A stretch of DNA of 62,000 bases, from assembly GCF_000400465.1 (NCBI RefSeq), contig NW_008806277.1, positions 144,001 to 206,000 of the forward strand, written 5' to 3'. A program made the translations under genes and the position numbers. The notes beneath the pieces were generated by a model. It ran no database searches. It saw only the letters and a program-made list of their open reading frames with translations, and was not told the DNA's origin. Origin of the DNA: Wallemia ichthyophaga EXF-994 (lineage: Eukaryota; Fungi; Basidiomycota). Below, piece after piece: positions 59,371 to 62,000 of the stretch (the stretch's first letter is position 1; each line of letters starts with the position of its first letter).

Positions 59371-59743
59371 TTAGTATTTCAAAATGATGTAAAGCGCGTG
59401 AATGATCTGATATAGGTGTGAGCGCGGGAGAGCGAATTCAAAGGAATAAAAAAGCCGCTTACACCAGGAATGTATCCCAAAATGGTCAATAAGATGTTGA
59501 TCCAGAAATCTGCGGCACATCCACGTTCTAAGAACACACCAATTGGTGGTATAAAGATTGCGAAAATAATTCTATAATGTGTGAAATTTGGTAGTCATAG
59601 TGGCTCATAACTCACTTAATGATATCCTGCGTATAGGTCAGCGATCGTCAGCGTAAGAATACTCCCCCACTCACTCTTTAAAATTCATTAGGCTGTGTAC
59701 TCTAACCAACGCTATTGAAAACTTACGAGCAAGTAAAAGGCAT
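59371..59743 (-). CDS. PMP3: Plasma membrane proteolipid Pmp3 (57 aa); 5 exons including a 1-nt exon
   Basis: Exons 59743-59727, 59675, 59626-59616, 59571-59463 and 59406-59371 give MPFTCSDIIKIIFAIFIPPIGVFLERGCAADFWINILLTILGYIPGIIHALYIILKY*. Not in the ORF track. Confidence 0.93.
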
Positions 59744-59900
59744 TCTATAGCCTTAATTAGAAAATAAGCCGTATAAGCCCCTTTGAAACTTACTCTTATT
59801 TATAAAAGCTGATCAACGTAGCACTATAAGCCAAGGCCGCCCGAACTAATTCAAATTCCAACAACTCCATTTAAACGTCATCTACAATTAAAAATAGAAT

Positions 59901-61267
59901 TTAAAGCTTATCATCTCCGAATAGTAAGCTAATAGACTCTCCATTATGTTGTCTCCTGATTGCCTCTCCAATCGTCGCGCTAACATCCATCACGTCAAGT
60001 TTTTCACCCAATTTCTCTTTATTCTCCACTTGGGGAATTGTGTTTGTCACTGCGATCTTTTTTATTGGTAGACTTGGAATTATTTCCATCGCTGATTCTG
60101 ACATTAATCCTATAAATATCATTTCCTCAGCTTGGCATTAGCTACGCATAACGTTCTTCTCACCATGTGATACTATAGCGTACACCGCAGTAGCACCCTT
60201 CTTGGCTAACTCAGTTGAAGCCAACTTCATCGTTTGGGCTGAGACTACCATATCATCAACCAACAGAGCCACCTTGCCTTGTACGTTTCCAACGACTACG
60301 TCCATATGGTCCTCCTCTTTGTCATCGCCATTACGGACTCTTGATCTATGAATCAATCCAAAGTTGACATTCAATCTGTCTGCTAACGCTGTGGCTCTGT
60401 ATTTAAATTGATATTGAGATTCCAATCCCAAAACACCAAACACACCTCTTAGCACCACCTGCATCAGGTGAAAACACCACTGCATTCTCCCAATCTGGAA
60501 CGGATGTCTTGATGTAGTTGATCATAATTGGTTCAGTGTACCTGTACGTGTATCAACTTGAACCCCACATCACAGCTATTATCACTAACAAGTTGTCAAC
60601 TGGGATATCAAAGAATCCCTGAGCAATATTAGCCAATTGAATGATAGAAGTCTTTACCCACTTGAATTTGTGATGCGTGGAGATCCAAAGTGATGACGTG
60701 ATCACATCCAGCAGTGGTGAGCATGTTAGCGACCAATTTAGCAGTCTGATTTGTTAGAAATGTGAATGCCGTAACAATTCACTCACTATTGGTGCTCTTG
60801 ATTTATCCTTTCTGTCTTGTCTAGCGTATGGATAATTTGGGATAACTGCCGTAATACGTCTAGCGGAGGCAGTTTTACAGGCTGAGATGGGAGATCAGGG
60901 CTAGCTGATGGCCTCAATGTCAACCTACCATTTGCCAATATAAGCAACTCCATTAAGCTATCGTTTATATCCCCACATCCAGATTGTATGATGAAAACGT
61001 CTTCCTCTCTAACACTCTCACCGATTCTCACGTTAATCTCTTGATTTGAGAATTTATTTACAACGCAAGGCGATAAATTCAATCCAAGTCTGCGGCTATC
61101 AGATTTTACGCTGATTGCTATTAGCTCATAGCCCACCTCTCAGAGACTTCTTTAGCCAATTCTGGGTGACTGTTGCCTGTAAATTCATCTTCTTAGATTT
61201 CTCACGCTCTATTTTCCTCTACCAGATTAATCTCACCAGTTAATATCTTGATTGTATCAGGCCTCAT
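59901..61267 (-). CDS. Ribose-phosphate pyrophosphokinase (PRS family) subunit with a divergent PRPP-binding loop
   Basis: [11 protein letters not shown]|NSHPELA, then [46 protein letters not shown]|GFFDIPVDN and SPDAGGAKR. Confidence 0.93.
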
Positions 61268-61383
61268 TGCTTAAGATAGTGGTCGTTGTGATCAAGCGGA
61301 TGACACAGACCAAAGTAGAATACTTAGAAATTAAATTTATAAATTAAGTTATAACAATTCCTCTGCTAATTATTACTTTCTTC

Positions 61384-62000
61384 TTATTTTTTAAGCTTCT
61401 TTTTTTTCTTGTCTTCCTTAACCGGCGATTCATCGATTGACTTACGCTTTCTGTCTTTCGTGTTTTTCTTGTCTGACTTGTCCTTCTTTTCCTTCTTATC
61501 CTTATTTGGTGATGCTTGCTCGTTTACTGTGCCATCTATTCCACCGGTATCAAAACCTGGTGGTCTGAATCTCCACTTGAGCTTATCGGTTGGCTGTTCA
61601 CGCTTAATTGCACCATCTGAAGATGTGTGTTTCTCAAATTTGGGCGCTTTAAGCATTGGTATGTTGTCAGACAATTGTAATCTATGGTGGATTGGCTTAT
61701 CCACTAATTCATGTCATTATAACAGACACTATGAGCAGACAAGACACTCACCAGTAACCAGTTGACCTTGTTTATTTGGTAGCAACAACTTGAATTGATC
61801 CATTTCATCATTTATCGATGCAGATTCAAATTTGTTCCTTGATTCTTTTGAGTTTGAAGTTAACTGTGAGTGTATACTCATCTCACTGCCTTTGACATCG
61901 ATTGTACCTAATTTATTGTCTTTACTATCGAAATCCAGTTTCATTCCTTTCAAATGCTTTGTCTTTATCTATTCCTGCGTGAGTCTTAACACGGAATAGC
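61384..62000 (-). CDS. RPA34: RNA polymerase I subunit A34.5-like, 3' part; 5' end outside the window
   Basis: REQPTDKLKWRFRPPGF followed by a Lys-rich C-terminal tail, typical of Rpa34. An upstream exon ends FKLLLPNKQGQLV. Confidence 0.7.

Noticed and set aside
838-61765. Dozens of 60-150 aa ORFs in the track that overlap annotated genes on the other strand or frame (for example 6256-6606, 12968-13327, 20159-20518, 26410-26970, 61409-61765)
   Set aside because: They are antisense or alternative-frame shadows of conserved genes, with no motifs.
1-62000. tRNA, rRNA, snRNA genes, CRISPR arrays, transposases/RTs, telomeric repeats
   Set aside because: I saw no T-loop-bearing cloverleaf, no U1/U2/U6 signature, no regular repeat-spacer array, no transposon motif and no (TTAGGG)n tract by eye. 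tRNAscan-SE, Infernal and RepeatModeler would be needed to exclude divergent elements.
1-62000. Cryptic peroxisomal targeting by stop read-through or alternative last exons
   Set aside because: None of the gene ends I checked showed a TGA-CTA context or an SKL-type extension. BTS1 ends LKL and PRS ends DKL, and neither is a convincing PTS1.

Overview
This is eukaryotic DNA from a very compact basidiomycete fungal genome: standard genetic code, GT-AG introns of about 40-55 nt with CTRAY-like branch sites, and tiny intergenic spaces. The architecture is most consistent with a Wallemia-like genome, which is my inference and not a database result. I can support about 40 protein-coding genes, mostly housekeeping: NCS6, a POS5-type NAD kinase, RPC82, TRP2, RIB5, LAP2, PRP31, ACO1, SAC1, FCP1, UTP17, UTP25, PTH1, TRF4, TRM2, a PP2A catalytic subunit, a WSS1-like protease, an MFS transporter, SSS1, COX17, PRP21, TBL1/SIF2, RSM22, a USV1-like transcription factor, BTS1, RSM27, PMP3, a PRS subunit and RPA34. 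There are also two secreted wall-modifying proteins (a DPBB/loosenin and an AA9-like LPMO). Several genes are missing from or fragmented in the ORF track and were rebuilt by hand-splicing (NCS6, COX17, SSS1, PMP3, the DUF423 gene). I found no CRISPR array, tRNA, rRNA or transposon. The most unusual signals are architectural: (1) a PMP3 gene that only reads in frame with a single-nucleotide exon; (2) runs of 5-13 nt micro-exons in the MFS and WSS1-like genes; (3) at least nine head-to-head gene pairs with start codons 17-82 bp apart and one possibly overlapping, so promoters must lie inside the partner gene; (4) degenerate enzyme homologs (a PanE/ApbA-like protein without its GxGxxG motif, a PRS with a non-canonical PRPP loop, an AA9 with an altered second sphere); (5) a decayed F-box gene. 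All splice models are hand-derived and need RNA evidence.
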